IMG/VR virus record: IMGVR_UViG_3300012200_000009
Span: 1 to 44,919 of that record
From: a virus
Taxonomy: Duplodnaviria > Caudoviricetes
Strand: one strand, 5' to 3'
Length of the DNA: 44,919 nt
In this document: positions 1-9,707 of the stretch, one piece after another
Numbering within the stretch: the stretch's first letter is position 1
Layout of the letters: each line of letters begins with the position of its first letter
The notes under the pieces: generated by a model
Seen by the model: only the letters and a program-made list of their open reading frames with translations
What the model was told of the DNA's origin: nothing
The model's database searches: none
Made by a program: the position numbers and the translations under genes

Positions 1-695
1 TCGAGACCACCACTGGTACCCATGAAGCGCACGACGAAGTTCAAGCGCCGCTTGAGGTAGTCGTTCATGTAGAGCACAACACCTGAACCGTCAGGACTAT
101 CCACGCTCCACAACAGGAGATCGAGCATTTCCAGCAAGGCGCCGCCCGTCTTGGCAGTAAGGCCAGCCTGTGAAATGTCGGCAGCAGATCCGCCTGCGTC
201 AATCTTGTTCTCAGGACGTACGCCGAACTTGTTGGCGGAGGCTGCATCATCGATACGCGCACGTAGACCCACAGGCGCGTTAGCGTCTCCGGTGCCGTCG
301 TGCGCGTTCTTAAAAAACTTGAAGTTGATATCGTAGGTGAGCCCTTTGAGGTACGCTGCTGTCTGTGCGGCGCGTGGCTCGACGATCTGGTTTTGATCTA
401 AGACGATGAACTTATCCACATCGACGTAGTTACGCACAATGTAGGCTTGTTCCTGGTACGGGGTTGGCTGGCCGTGTACTGAGGTGCCTTCAGTGTTGAG
501 TGGCACCCAGTTTGGTGTGGGCAGGTTGCCTTCCCACCTGACCCCGTTGACTTGCAGGGATTGCTTCTCAACGAGTGGGATGTCCTGAATGACATTCCCG
601 TAATCGATAAGGGACATCGTTACTGCCTGCACTAACGGCTGATTGCTCATCAGCGCGTAGTCAGCCAGGGTAACCGTCCCGGCTCCAATTGCCAT
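1..695 (-). CDS. major capsid protein, N-terminal part (runs off window start)
   Basis: Hand translation from ATG at 695 (MAIGAGTVTLADYA...) is open to position 1. It follows the scaffold gene. It is absent from the ORF track because it has no stop in the window. Confidence 0.8.
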   Translation of the reverse strand, partial: MAIGAGTVTLADYALMSNQPLVQAVTMSLIDYGNVIQDIPLVEKQSLQVNGVRWEGNLPTPNWVPLNTEGTSVHGQPTPYQEQAYIVRNYVDVDKFIVLDQNQIVEPRAAQTAAYLKGLTYDINFKFFKNAHDGTGDANAPVGLRARIDDAASANKFGVRPENKIDAGGSAADISQAGLTAKTGGALLEMLDLLLWSVDSPDGSGVVLYMNDYLKRRLNFVVRFMGTSGGL

Positions 696-759
696 AATCT
701 CTCTCTCTTCTGTCTCCCGACGGTAGTTTCGAGACTGTACTATTCAGTTATTGCGTGCC

Positions 760-1422
760 TCAAGTTTTCCAGAGCCCTGGGTCGTTGAGGCGTGGTATTC
801 TGCCCGGTTGCTGTTGTCCAGGCGACGCGATGCTTGAACGGCCAGGGTTCATTGCTGGCACTGCTGGCGCGCGTTGCTGCTGTTGCTGTTCTTGCTGCGC
901 AGATTTCACAATTTCAGGTGTGCTTTTGGCGAGATTTTGCAAAAGCGTCTCGATGTTCTTGGGCTTGCCATCCTCAAATTCGATGGCATCAAGATCATTC
1001 AAGAGGAGCTTCGCAAGCATATCTGCTGGCAAGATGAAATTGAGCTTTGCCGCGTGACGTGCAACGTCTTGATACACACGCGCCTCTAAGAGTTCGGATG
1101 CAAGCGTCTCATGCTGCTCTTTCAAGTCGGCATATTGCTTATTCATGCGCTCGACTTCTGAGAGTTGGGCATCTTTGGCAGCTTGCTCTGCTGCTTTGTA
1201 GGCAGCGAGTTCTTTCTCTGCGGTGGTCAGGTTTTTGCCATGACGCGCCGCTTCCTCGGCCTTGTTTTGAGCGTGTTGTTCTAAATCAGCAATCTTCTTC
1301 AACGCTTCCTCAAGCGTAAGAGCGGCTACCTGAGGCGTCGCGCTCCCAGGAGCAGGGGTACCCGTCACGGGTGTTCCGGCGGGAGGCATCGCGCCTGCAC
1401 CGGAAGAGGTAGGTTCTGTCAT
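760..1422 (-). CDS. capsid scaffolding protein
   Basis: Coiled-coil, low-complexity protein with a NPG motif near the C-terminus, directly upstream of the capsid gene. Confidence 0.7.
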   Translation of the reverse strand: MTEPTSSGAGAMPPAGTPVTGTPAPGSATPQVAALTLEEALKKIADLEQHAQNKAEEAARHGKNLTTAEKELAAYKAAEQAAKDAQLSEVERMNKQYADLKEQHETLASELLEARVYQDVARHAAKLNFILPADMLAKLLLNDLDAIEFEDGKPKNIETLLQNLAKSTPEIVKSAQQEQQQQQRAPAVPAMNPGRSSIASPGQQQPGRIPRLNDPGLWKT

Positions 1423-1431
1423 AACTATAGC

Positions 1432-1629
1432 CTATTCCTTTCGTAAAGTCAATCTATGATGCGCTTCAGCATGAGCATGGGTATTGATTTGCTCCCGACA
1501 AAGCCGGTCAATTTCGTCTAATGCCTTACTAAGCAATTCTTCCCAATCGCCCATAGCATTTTGCCTGGCTTGTTCTTTAGCTTCGTGATTGATCTGAAGT
1601 ATCCTCAATGCTAGTTCTTGTGTGGTCAT
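1432..1629 (-). CDS. hypothetical protein
   Basis: ORF coupled by a 4-nt overlap to the upstream gene. Confidence 0.55.
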   Translation of the reverse strand: MTTQELALRILQINHEAKEQARQNAMGDWEELLSKALDEIDRLCREQINTHAHAEAHHRLTLRKE

Positions 1630-1826
1630 TGCGCCTTTTTCTTCAGAAACTTGTTGGCCCTGGCTCGCACTTTCGCCTTCTGTGCTGGCGTTAAAGGCGG
1701 TTTTGCCTGGTCAAGCCTGGATAGTGCAGCGATAGCGTGCTTCTTGTCAGGAATGGGGAATTTCGGCTCTCCATCGACGACAACGGTGGCATGCTTTTTA
1801 CGCGCTTTCGCTTTGAGTACCGCCAT
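1626..1826 (-). CDS. small basic head-module protein (FPIPDxxHAxxAL motif)
   Basis: Motif recurrent in phage head modules; AAGGA RBS upstream. Confidence 0.55.
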   Translation of the reverse strand: MAVLKAKARKKHATVVVDGEPKFPIPDKKHAIAALSRLDQAKPPLTPAQKAKVRARANKFLKKKAQ

Positions 1827-2010
1827 TGTTCGTGTGTTCCTTTCTGGCTTCTGCCAGGAGCCTTTCTAAATGCGGTATATCCTGATCGGTTATGCCGCGC
1901 TTGGCCCAATCTATAGCTGCCTCAAGTTCTGTGATTTGCTGTGCTGGCGTGAGTTTTGCTAGCCATTCCTCAATGGGTATTATTGGCTCCAGGTAAGGCT
2001 TCCAGGTCAC
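1798..2010 (-). CDS. hypothetical protein
   Basis: GTG start at 2010 behind AAGGAGGT, overlapping the upstream stop. Confidence 0.5.
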   Translation of the reverse strand: MTWKPYLEPIIPIEEWLAKLTPAQQITELEAAIDWAKRGITDQDIPHLERLLAEARKEHTNNGGTQSESA

Positions 2011-2366
2011 TTTGCTACCTCCTTGATTGCATTCAAAATTAACATGACATGCGAACCATTTGCCCCACAATAGCCGAAGTAGTGTTCAGGCACGTTTACA
2101 TCCCAGGACTTAATCGCATTCCAGATAGCTTCAAATGTCGGGCTGTTTAAATCCTCTTCTGTCGGGTTTGGCATCGGTGGCTTTGCTGGCAAGGGATTTT
2201 TAACAGGAGGGCTAGTGTTGTCTCTACGCAATTCTGCATTGATAGCTTGCATAATCTCTTGACCTATGCGTACTGCATTCTCGCTATCAAATACACCCTT
2301 TGGCGTTTCGCTCCAACACATGCTTGCCTCACCTAATCCCTGGAATACAATATCTTCTAATGTCAT
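2007..2366 (-). CDS. hypothetical protein
   Basis: 119-aa ORF with AAGG RBS, packed in the operon. Confidence 0.6.
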   Translation of the reverse strand: MTLEDIVFQGLGEASMCWSETPKGVFDSENAVRIGQEIMQAINAELRRDNTSPPVKNPLPAKPPMPNPTEEDLNSPTFEAIWNAIKSWDVNVPEHYFGYCGANGSHVMLILNAIKEVAK

Positions 2367-2381
2367 CGCCTTGTCCTTTCG

Positions 2382-2747
2382 CTAGTTGACCCGTGAACTC
2401 TTGATATCGCGGATGATCGCCAACTCCGTCTTCTTTTGCGTGACACGTTGCTTGACAAGCTCGTCAAAGAGGGCTGGACGTGTGGCCAGCCACTGAGAGA
2501 CCATCTGATCCATGCTCGCCTCATCAATGACAAGATTGATCGGCTGCGGCGAAATGCGGATTTCCATGCTTTGCGGCGTCATGTTAATCGTGACATGCCC
2601 TTGTGCTGGCTGCTGCTCTTGCTCTTGTTGCTGTTGTGGCGCGGCGCTATGCAAGACACGCTGTACATGACACGACTCACACTCACCGTCTATCGTGTTA
2701 TCTACTACTTTTCCGCATGTCCGGCATCTCGTTTCTTCTTCTAGCAT
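2382..2747 (-). CDS. hypothetical protein with CxxC...CxxC zinc-ribbon-like N-terminus
   Basis: CRTC and CESC motifs; TAATG coupling to the upstream gene. Confidence 0.6.
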   Translation of the reverse strand: MLEEETRCRTCGKVVDNTIDGECESCHVQRVLHSAAPQQQQEQEQQPAQGHVTINMTPQSMEIRISPQPINLVIDEASMDQMVSQWLATRPALFDELVKQRVTQKKTELAIIRDIKSSRVN

Positions 2748-3787
2748 TATTTCACTAAATCCTTCAAAGGTTTTTCGTATATCGACTTTCCCCAGTCGGG
2801 GTCGTCATTCGTGCCTACAATATCATCTAGCGTAAAATCACCATTCTGGAATGCATCATACTTCGCGTTACCGAGTATGGCGCGTTGTGTGTCTTCTGAC
2901 TGGTTATCGAACCAATCGGAGCCGCTTTCAATCTGGACGCTGGTATCTGGTATATCGCTCGTATCAATCCCTAATGGGCCGAGGATGTCAGCCCAACTCT
3001 TTGTTTTCGGAACTGGCGTACATGCCCCGTTAGGATGATCGTTCAATTCTTCATCCAGGCTGTGCTCGGTGCCATTCATCGCGACACAGGCGGCGCATGA
3101 ACTACGTAGCAAGGCACACAGCCATATCCAGCCATCCACCACATCATCGTTTGCGCGGTATGTCTCATGCGCCGCGCCGCGATAGGTGCGTACCATCTCA
3201 GTACGTGCAATCGTCAATGCCCGATAGCGCGAGATGTCCAGCGCATCTTGAATTGACAGCGCGATTTGCCGTGGGTTGTAGCCAAGTGTGACACCTGAAA
3301 TAAGCGCCGTCTTTGCACCTTTAGCAGCCTCGGCCCCGAAGCCATTGAACAAGTCCGCCAGTGGTGAGCCCGCTTGTGTCGCCCCAACCATTCCCTGTAT
3401 TGCCAGTGGGGATGGCAGTCCGAAAGACCAACTGACACCCGCAGGGATAGTAGAGTTGAGTAGTGCCATCCCTGCTTGCTGTCCGAGCGACGTACCCATT
3501 GATTGCAATTGCCCCGTCTGCATTTGGGCTAAGGCTGCAAACTGGTTGATCTGGCCCTCTATCCATGAGGTTATCACCTCCAACCTTTGCTGCTCATATA
3601 ACCACGATGTGCTGATATCTTCGCCATTGGCTTGTGCCGCGCTCATCTTGTCATAGAGTGCGTTGAGCTTTGGCTCGATCATGGCCAGCGTTTGGCGGTG
3701 CGCGTAGTCTAAAGTGGCACTAGCTGTACGTTCATGAGCAAGCAAGCGTTGACGATATTCGGCTATGGTTTGCTGTAAGCGGCTCAA
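2747..3787 (-). CDS. minor head morphogenesis protein (Mu gpF / SPP1 gp7 family)
   Basis: RAxTIARTE, CxxC and HPN motifs; located after the portal gene. Confidence 0.85.
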   Translation of the reverse strand: MSRLQQTIAEYRQRLLAHERTASATLDYAHRQTLAMIEPKLNALYDKMSAAQANGEDISTSWLYEQQRLEVITSWIEGQINQFAALAQMQTGQLQSMGTSLGQQAGMALLNSTIPAGVSWSFGLPSPLAIQGMVGATQAGSPLADLFNGFGAEAAKGAKTALISGVTLGYNPRQIALSIQDALDISRYRALTIARTEMVRTYRGAAHETYRANDDVVDGWIWLCALLRSSCAACVAMNGTEHSLDEELNDHPNGACTPVPKTKSWADILGPLGIDTSDIPDTSVQIESGSDWFDNQSEDTQRAILGNAKYDAFQNGDFTLDDIVGTNDDPDWGKSIYEKPLKDLVK

Positions 3788-3984
3788 AGTCGCCTATCCT
3801 CTTCTTCCTGCATTTTCATAAAACATGATTGGCACCATACATCTACTTCTTCCATAGCATTGTAATGCTCCGGCTCATGTGGCAGTCTGCCCGATACAAA
3901 CACCGCTAACGCTCCACACTTGCACTCTAGCCGACGATTTACAATCATAACGACTGGCTGCCACCTGGCGTATTCCTCGCTCAT
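3784..3984 (-). CDS. hypothetical protein, Cys-rich
   Basis: CKCG and CQSC motifs; tightly packed between portal and gpF. Confidence 0.55.
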   Translation of the reverse strand: MSEEYARWQPVVMIVNRRLECKCGALAVFVSGRLPHEPEHYNAMEEVDVWCQSCFMKMQEEEDRRL

Positions 3985-5487
3985 CTAGCGACCTCCTGGA
4001 ATTGGCGACGTTGGCGGCTGCCCTGGCTGCACACTGCTTGGCATTGGCGGCATGGGTGTCGGCTGTCCAGGTGGCGGCATGCCTTGCCCTTTGCTGAATG
4101 CCTCTAACTTCTGCGCGTCCTCTGTTTGTGAAAGCTCCTGCTCTTCGTCAGGGTCGTAGCCTTGCTCTCTCTGAATGGTTGTATCTGAAATGCCGATCTG
4201 CTTTTTGAGGATGGCCGCTTGCAACGATTGCAGGTCGTCATGTGGGAGTGGGTCTTGCCATGCGAGTTGAATGTCAATATCCTCGCTCATGTGGTTGAGC
4301 ACCAATAACGCCTTGCTCGCTTCGATGATGAGTTCACCGTAGCGGCAGCGTTTGCCATCGGTCTTTTTGAGTGCTGGCAAGAAGAGCAGTTCTATCGCCA
4401 CACCTGAGATGTTGCCACGTGGCATGTCCTTCATGCGCCCAGTTGCCACGCCTGGAAAGTGGCTCTGCTCGTCCATGTCGCTCCGTAGATTTTCCACGAA
4501 CAGAAGCGCGTTCGCAATATCGCTGGTGATTGACACGGCGTTGATCTCACCATCTGGGCCCACGATCATGATGCGTCCTGGCGTCCTGTCAACGCTTGAC
4601 TCACCGATACCACGACCCCACAAGAACGGCTGACCATACAGGATTTCGACAAGCTGAGTACAGGAGTTCGACATGTTGATCGCCTTGTTGACGCCGATGA
4701 TATCGGGTGTGATATCAGGCTTGCCCCAGGCGTCATTGGGCTTGGGTAGGTTCTTGCATGAAAAGAGCGGCGGGAATGGATAAGGCCAGGTGATCGGGTC
4801 GCCTTCTGCCACCCAGTTGATTGATTTGGGCTGCATGCTGTTCGCTACGGTCTGCGTCCAGTGCTGAATTTGCCACGTATCATCATCGTCGGGCATACCT
4901 TTCGAGGCGTTACCATCGGGGTCTATACGCATGATCTCTTCACGGTAGTAGACTTCTTGCGACTTGCCGTTGATCTTTTCCATTTTGCTGTACTGAATAC
5001 AATAAAGTAGCACCGTTTCGCAATCTTGCGGAGCCGTTTCCATGCCCACAACGATAGACGGGTCAACCGTGATAAGCCGGAAGTTGCCCTTATCATCGGG
5101 CATGATGCGCAGGAATGCGGATCCAGCCATTGCGCCGTTCATGCCCAGGTCTTGCAGAAGTGGAATACGTCGCTCTTTGCGGCCCCATGTCTCATTGAGG
5201 AAGTCTTGCGCCTCTTGCGGTGCGCCTTCTTCACAACTGATTTCAAGCTCCTGGCCAAACAGGAAGTTGACTCCTGCATCGACGATAGGCTGACAACGGT
5301 TCGTCAAGACGTTGGGGTCGGTGCCATCGGGCATTTTCTTGAGCGGCGGTTCAAGCTCGCCGTTGTAGGCTTGCCATGCATCACGTATGCGTTGGATGCG
5401 CTTCTTGTCCTCTTCGGTGATCTCGTAGGTTGGCTGTGCCTGTTCTGCTTGTTGTGCTGGTGCTGGTGGCTGCATGGTTTGTGTCAT
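3985..5487 (-). CDS. portal protein (SPP1 gp6-like)
   Basis: 500 aa; N-x-x-x-x-IVD and SGVAI motifs; located after the terminase. Confidence 0.85.
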   Translation of the reverse strand: MTQTMQPPAPAQQAEQAQPTYEITEEDKKRIQRIRDAWQAYNGELEPPLKKMPDGTDPNVLTNRCQPIVDAGVNFLFGQELEISCEEGAPQEAQDFLNETWGRKERRIPLLQDLGMNGAMAGSAFLRIMPDDKGNFRLITVDPSIVVGMETAPQDCETVLLYCIQYSKMEKINGKSQEVYYREEIMRIDPDGNASKGMPDDDDTWQIQHWTQTVANSMQPKSINWVAEGDPITWPYPFPPLFSCKNLPKPNDAWGKPDITPDIIGVNKAINMSNSCTQLVEILYGQPFLWGRGIGESSVDRTPGRIMIVGPDGEINAVSITSDIANALLFVENLRSDMDEQSHFPGVATGRMKDMPRGNISGVAIELLFLPALKKTDGKRCRYGELIIEASKALLVLNHMSEDIDIQLAWQDPLPHDDLQSLQAAILKKQIGISDTTIQREQGYDPDEEQELSQTEDAQKLEAFSKGQGMPPPGQPTPMPPMPSSVQPGQPPTSPIPGGR

Positions 5488-5741
5488 GGCTGTTCATCCT
5501 TTGCAAATCGCTCTCGAAGGGTATCGCGTTCTGCTACCACCTCGTTCAGTTGCTTTTCTAGTTCAGCGATCCGTCTCCAATATACCTCGCGCTCCTGCTG
5601 CCGATCTTGGAAGAGGGCGGCATTTTGTGTCAATAGACCGTCATACATACTCTTATCGAGATCACGAAGCTCAGGCGTGTAACACTCCTGTAAGCGCGCT
5701 TGCAACTTCCTGATTTCTCCCTTCAGCTTCTTCTTACCCAT
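5484..5741 (-). CDS. hypothetical coiled-coil protein
   Basis: Coupled to both terL and the portal gene. Confidence 0.55.
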   Translation of the reverse strand: MGKKKLKGEIRKLQARLQECYTPELRDLDKSMYDGLLTQNAALFQDRQQEREVYWRRIAELEKQLNEVVAERDTLRERFAKDEQP

Positions 5742-7057
5742 TAATATATCCTTTGGCTGTATTTCACGGTTGACGGCACTAAGTCAAAGTAAGCGGTTAG
5801 GTAGCGTAACGCGTCGAGGCCATGATCTGACTCCTTGACGGGTTGCTCGCCTTTCTTCGCTCCTTGCCGTGTATCCCACACATATGACTCCGGCTCATCC
5901 TCTAAGCAGGTTGGTTGCTTGCCCTCTGCTAAGTCTCTATCGCGTTCTACCAGGCAGTCACGCATGATCTGAATACGTGATTTGCCATCACCGGCTGCTT
6001 TGAAGCGTGATGCCACTGCTTGTATGCCATCAGATACCGACTTGTGCGCAGGCACCGTGTAGAGGCTTAGGTGACGTTCTAGGGTTGCTCTGTCTTCGGC
6101 GTCGGTATCACAGATGATGGCGCGCGGTAACGGCTCGCCGCCTTTTTCGCCCCAACGCGATATGCGCTTTATGTCAGCGGCGTGCTCTTCCACTAGGCGT
6201 TTGGTTCTGTAGATTTGCCTGTAAATAATGATACGCCCGTCTGGGTCGATAGCGGCCCATAAGCACACAAAGGGATGCGTAAACCCGAAGTCGATTGCCA
6301 GATACCGAGGCCATTCCCCAGGAATATGGTACGTATTGGTGACGTTTCGTTTTCTATCCCAACTATCCTCGTACACCATTCCCTCGGCGCTGACCCATAA
6401 TCCGAGTCTGTATCGTGCATATCTTACTCCTGTCAGGTTATCGAGCTTGCTCAAGTAGCGCTCGCCCTCGGGTGTCATCGTGCCATCACGATTAAAGAGC
6501 ATCGGGTTATCTTCGTGCCTGGTTTCGAACATCTCTGTCTTCGCATCCCTGGCACGTTGCAATATCCAATGTGTTGATTGCGCCGGATTGCAGTCGCCTA
6601 TCATCTGCTGAATGGGAAGCCCGCCCCAACGCAAGCGTATCGTGCATGTCTCCCAATCGTCCTCTTCAAGCTCGGTTGCTTCCTGTGCATAGATGATGTC
6701 CCAGTCGGTACTCATGATCTTGCTCGGTTTGTCGAGTCCTCCAACGGCGAGTATGGAGCCATTCGGGTAGCGGTATTGCTGCGCGCTATGGTAGAACCGA
6801 ACACCTTGAGCCGGATGTAACACCTTTTGCTCAAATGTCACCATGCCTGACTCACCAAGACTACGCCGTGTTTTGCGTACCATGAGCAAACGAGCACCAG
6901 GGTAGTTCATGGCCCAGTAGTTGAGGTATTCCAGATTGGCTCTCGATTTGCCTGTGCCCGCCGGGCCACTCAAGATCAACTCAGGCTGCTTGCTGGTGAA
7001 CAACTGCGAATTGCCGCCGTAGGGTCTATAGGTCTCTTCAATATCGGCTACAACCAT
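5741..7057 (-). CDS. terL: terminase large subunit (PBSX-like)
   Basis: Walker A GPAGTGKS, QEATE Walker B region, DCNP coupling motif, IDFG and DHGLDALRY nuclease motifs. Confidence 0.93.
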   Translation of the reverse strand: MVVADIEETYRPYGGNSQLFTSKQPELILSGPAGTGKSRANLEYLNYWAMNYPGARLLMVRKTRRSLGESGMVTFEQKVLHPAQGVRFYHSAQQYRYPNGSILAVGGLDKPSKIMSTDWDIIYAQEATELEEDDWETCTIRLRWGGLPIQQMIGDCNPAQSTHWILQRARDAKTEMFETRHEDNPMLFNRDGTMTPEGERYLSKLDNLTGVRYARYRLGLWVSAEGMVYEDSWDRKRNVTNTYHIPGEWPRYLAIDFGFTHPFVCLWAAIDPDGRIIIYRQIYRTKRLVEEHAADIKRISRWGEKGGEPLPRAIICDTDAEDRATLERHLSLYTVPAHKSVSDGIQAVASRFKAAGDGKSRIQIMRDCLVERDRDLAEGKQPTCLEDEPESYVWDTRQGAKKGEQPVKESDHGLDALRYLTAYFDLVPSTVKYSQRIY

Positions 7058-7398
7058 GCTATACTACCTTCATGAGTACAGAACGCGATACACATTTTCA
7101 AGGCTTTGCGAAACTGCTTTGGCAAGATTTGCTCAACGCCAATCGTGGATTGCTCGAAGATAGAACTGGTATTGATGCTGACAATGATTCGTCTCTCTAT
7201 CCAGAATTTGAGCGTGTTATCGCTCAACGGGCCTACGATCTGGCTGTGCATGTGTTCAACCATACCACAGAGGCGATGACGCTTTTCGATAGCTTTGCGG
7301 TGCTCGCAGAACTGAACGAGATTCCAGACCTCACAGAATGGCCTCAAGAGACATAAGCCGTAGGGCCGGTAGGTTTCTTCTATATCGGCAACGGTCAT
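7016..7398 (-). repeat. diverged direct duplication of the first 14 codons of terL (7016-7057 and 7357-7398)
   Basis: MVVADIEETYRPYG versus MTVADIEETYRPYG, with mostly synonymous differences. Confidence 0.9.
7072..7356 (+). CDS. hypothetical protein, RDTHF / AQRAYDLA / IPDLT family, copy 1
   Basis: Shares three motifs with 25882-26154; TGCTATACT lies 6 nt before the ATG. Confidence 0.8.
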   Translation: MSTERDTHFQGFAKLLWQDLLNANRGLLEDRTGIDADNDSSLYPEFERVIAQRAYDLAVHVFNHTTEAMTLFDSFAVLAELNEIPDLTEWPQET

Positions 7399-8765
7399 AT
7401 TGCCACCTCATCTAACCATGCTGGTTCACGCCTTGCCTGTGCTATCCTTGCCTCTTGTCGCGCATGGGCAATCCTGGCGTCTGCAATCACCACATACGAT
7501 GCATCTTGCTCAATGCCTATGAAGTGCATGCCCTCCTGAATAGCGGCTACTGCTGTGCTTCCACTACCCAAGAAGCAATCCAGCACGACGCCGCCGGGTG
7601 GTGTGATAAGGCGGATGAGCCAGCGCATGAGGGCGAGGGATTTCACCGTGGGATGATGGTTAGATCGTGGTTCACCTAATGGGTTTTGCCTTCCCTCTGC
7701 TGGTTTGCTTCTTGCACTTGCAGGAGGTTCACCCAAAGGCAAGCCCTCACACCCTGCATTCCTTTCGGCTCTGCTCGCCTTTGATTGGTAGAGCCAGGGG
7801 ATGTAGTCGTCGGGCGGGAAGTTGGTGAAATATCTTGAACTTCCACCTGTGTCTTGATACTTTGGCCCATCTTCCACATGTGGCATTTCAAAATAGACTT
7901 GTGCTTTGCCGTTGGGCTTCAACTTGCCAGGACGTGACGAGCGTACTCCGCTCTGCCTGTCAAGCTCGGCAATAGGACAAGACTCGTGGCACTGGTACGC
8001 TTCGACTTGCTCGTCACCATAGTTCACAGTTTGGAAGTCATGAACGTTACCACCATAACCTTGCTTACCTGCTTTGTGTGTGCCAATTCCAGCACTACCG
8101 CCACGTACACGCTTCACGCCTTGCGGGATGCACCAGATCGAGTGACTGAGCAGGAGGTGCGAGGGCCAGCGGCCTTGTGTGCTTTCGCCTGCTGGATGTC
8201 TGCTATTAATGCCAAAGATAGAACCGCTTTCCTTACCATGATCTTCACGTATAGGCACAGTACCAGCCACACGACACGCATCAATCGCCAATCCGCCAGT
8301 GCCCCATGCCAGCACATTGGCGGCGATGCTGGACTCGGCGAGGGGCTTCCTGACAAGCCACCAGCACTCTACTGACGGCTTAAGCGCCGTGCCTTGTCCA
8401 TTGCCCAGGTTCAGCGATTTCGGAAAACCTTGGCCTTGAAGATGGTACACACAGTCACGAACCTCAAAGCCTGCATCTTCTAGCGCCGTAGCCGTCCAGT
8501 GGCTTGTACGCGGCAAGGCCCACACGAGCGCATGACCACCTGGACGTAAGCACCTTTTAGCTTCAATCATGATGTCCCTGAGCCACGCTATCCATTGATC
8601 GCGCCCGCCTCTATCCTTATCGAAGTCTTTTGACATGAAATTTATACCGGCTGGTGGGTCGCAGACGATAGAATGCACATAGTTGTCTGGTATGCCTTTC
8701 AGCACTTCCAAAGCATCACCATGCAGCACGGTATCAACTTGCATCATGCTGCTCTCCAACCTCAA
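7395..8765 (-). CDS. DNA methyltransferase, N6-adenine/N4-cytosine, beta class
   Basis: DPP motif N-terminal; HPTVK and LDCFLGSGST SAM-binding motifs C-terminal. Confidence 0.9.
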   Translation of the reverse strand: MRLESSMMQVDTVLHGDALEVLKGIPDNYVHSIVCDPPAGINFMSKDFDKDRGGRDQWIAWLRDIMIEAKRCLRPGGHALVWALPRTSHWTATALEDAGFEVRDCVYHLQGQGFPKSLNLGNGQGTALKPSVECWWLVRKPLAESSIAANVLAWGTGGLAIDACRVAGTVPIREDHGKESGSIFGINSRHPAGESTQGRWPSHLLLSHSIWCIPQGVKRVRGGSAGIGTHKAGKQGYGGNVHDFQTVNYGDEQVEAYQCHESCPIAELDRQSGVRSSRPGKLKPNGKAQVYFEMPHVEDGPKYQDTGGSSRYFTNFPPDDYIPWLYQSKASRAERNAGCEGLPLGEPPASARSKPAEGRQNPLGEPRSNHHPTVKSLALMRWLIRLITPPGGVVLDCFLGSGSTAVAAIQEGMHFIGIEQDASYVVIADARIAHARQEARIAQARREPAWLDEVAI

Positions 8766-9195
8766 GTACTATCCGCTTCGTGTAGTTCATGTTGACCGCC
8801 ACCTCGTCGACTTTGGCATCCAGGCCCAGTAGTTTCGCCTCACGTTCAGCAAGTGCGATGAGGCGATCAAAGGCGAATAAGCGGCCTTTGTTCTTTTCGT
8901 CCATGGCCAGCTTCCAGGCTTCTTCGTGCAGCTTCTCCATACGTGCTATGTGGTCATTGCGCCACTCAGTCACGGCCTGGACCACCACGCGGTTGAGTTC
9001 GCGTTGTACGGCTTTACGTGCTGCGCTTGAGCTGCCATAGCCACAATCATCGGCGATGCGTTGGTAAGTCCAGCCCTCTTGACGACGTTTGACGGCCTGC
9101 TCGACACGGCTCACGGCCATCGCGTCCCTGTGGGGAATTGGTACCCTTTGAGGGGAAACATTCTTGCCTGTGCGTTGTGGGTAGTTGAGCGTCAT
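8734..9195 (-). CDS. terS: probable terminase small subunit
   Basis: N-terminal HTH (GWTYQRIADDCGY) and AKLLGLD motif; upstream of terL. Confidence 0.7.
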   Translation of the reverse strand: MTLNYPQRTGKNVSPQRVPIPHRDAMAVSRVEQAVKRRQEGWTYQRIADDCGYGSSSAARKAVQRELNRVVVQAVTEWRNDHIARMEKLHEEAWKLAMDEKNKGRLFAFDRLIALAEREAKLLGLDAKVDEVAVNMNYTKRIVLEVGEQHDAS

Positions 9196-9353
9196 GGCTT
9201 CACCGCTGGTATCTGCCGTGTGATGGGCGCAGCTCTTGGTACAGGCTTGAGCAACTTACGGTCAAGGAAGCGCATGTGAATGATGGTGCCAGCGAAGACG
9301 CAGAGGAGCGCAACGCCAGCGCCAAAGAGCATGAGCGTGATGGCTGCACTCAC
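9192..9353 (-). CDS. small membrane protein
   Basis: Hand-translated 53-aa ORF from GTG, hydrophobic N-terminus, ATGA overlap with terS. Confidence 0.45.
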   Translation of the reverse strand: MSAAITLMLFGAGVALLCVFAGTIIHMRFLDRKLLKPVPRAAPITRQIPAVKP

Positions 9354-9485
9354 TTCAATCATTGTCCCTCACCTTCATAATTGCCTGCCGTCTATCATAG
9401 CAATCTATGCAGCCACGAAACGAAAGCCACGATGCATCATTGAGTGTGAGATAGACCCACAAGCGCAAGGCATACAGGAGTCGTT

Positions 9486-9704
9486 TCATGCATCCTCCTG
9501 CATCACACGCGCCCAAAACGCCTCAAACTCGTCGTATGACATGCTGACAATGTTGATCTCATCCTCTGATCGCATGAGGTGATACAGCGCACGTTTCACG
9601 CGTGCATCAATGCGCTCGTCAAGCGTCGGGTGTTGGGATAGTGTGATAGGTTGAGGCGGTGCGGTTGCGCGTTTCGGGATGGGCGTCGGTTTGTCTGTCT
9701 TCGT
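9486..9704 (-). CDS. hypothetical protein with probable ACG start
   Basis: GGAGG, 6 nt, then ACG opens 72 sense codons filling the gap. Confidence 0.5.
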   Translation of the reverse strand, partial: TKTDKPTPIPKRATAPPQPITLSQHPTLDERIDARVKRALYHLMRSEDEINIVSMSYDEFEAFWARVMQEDA

Positions 9705-9707
9705 GTG

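Noticed and set aside
1291-1332. Block 17711-17780 as a self-target on the scaffold gene (ALTLEEALKKI)
   Set aside because: Only 20 of 28 specified bases match by hand, which is plausible by chance given codon bias and multiple guides.
7048-7398. 116-aa minus-strand ORF as a real gene
   Set aside because: Beyond the 14 duplicated terL codons it is the antisense of 7072-7356, which has paralog support.
8640-8670. DPPA instead of DPPY as a sign of an inactive methylase
   Set aside because: Other motifs are intact and I recall this variant in related phage methylases; it cannot be judged from sequence alone.
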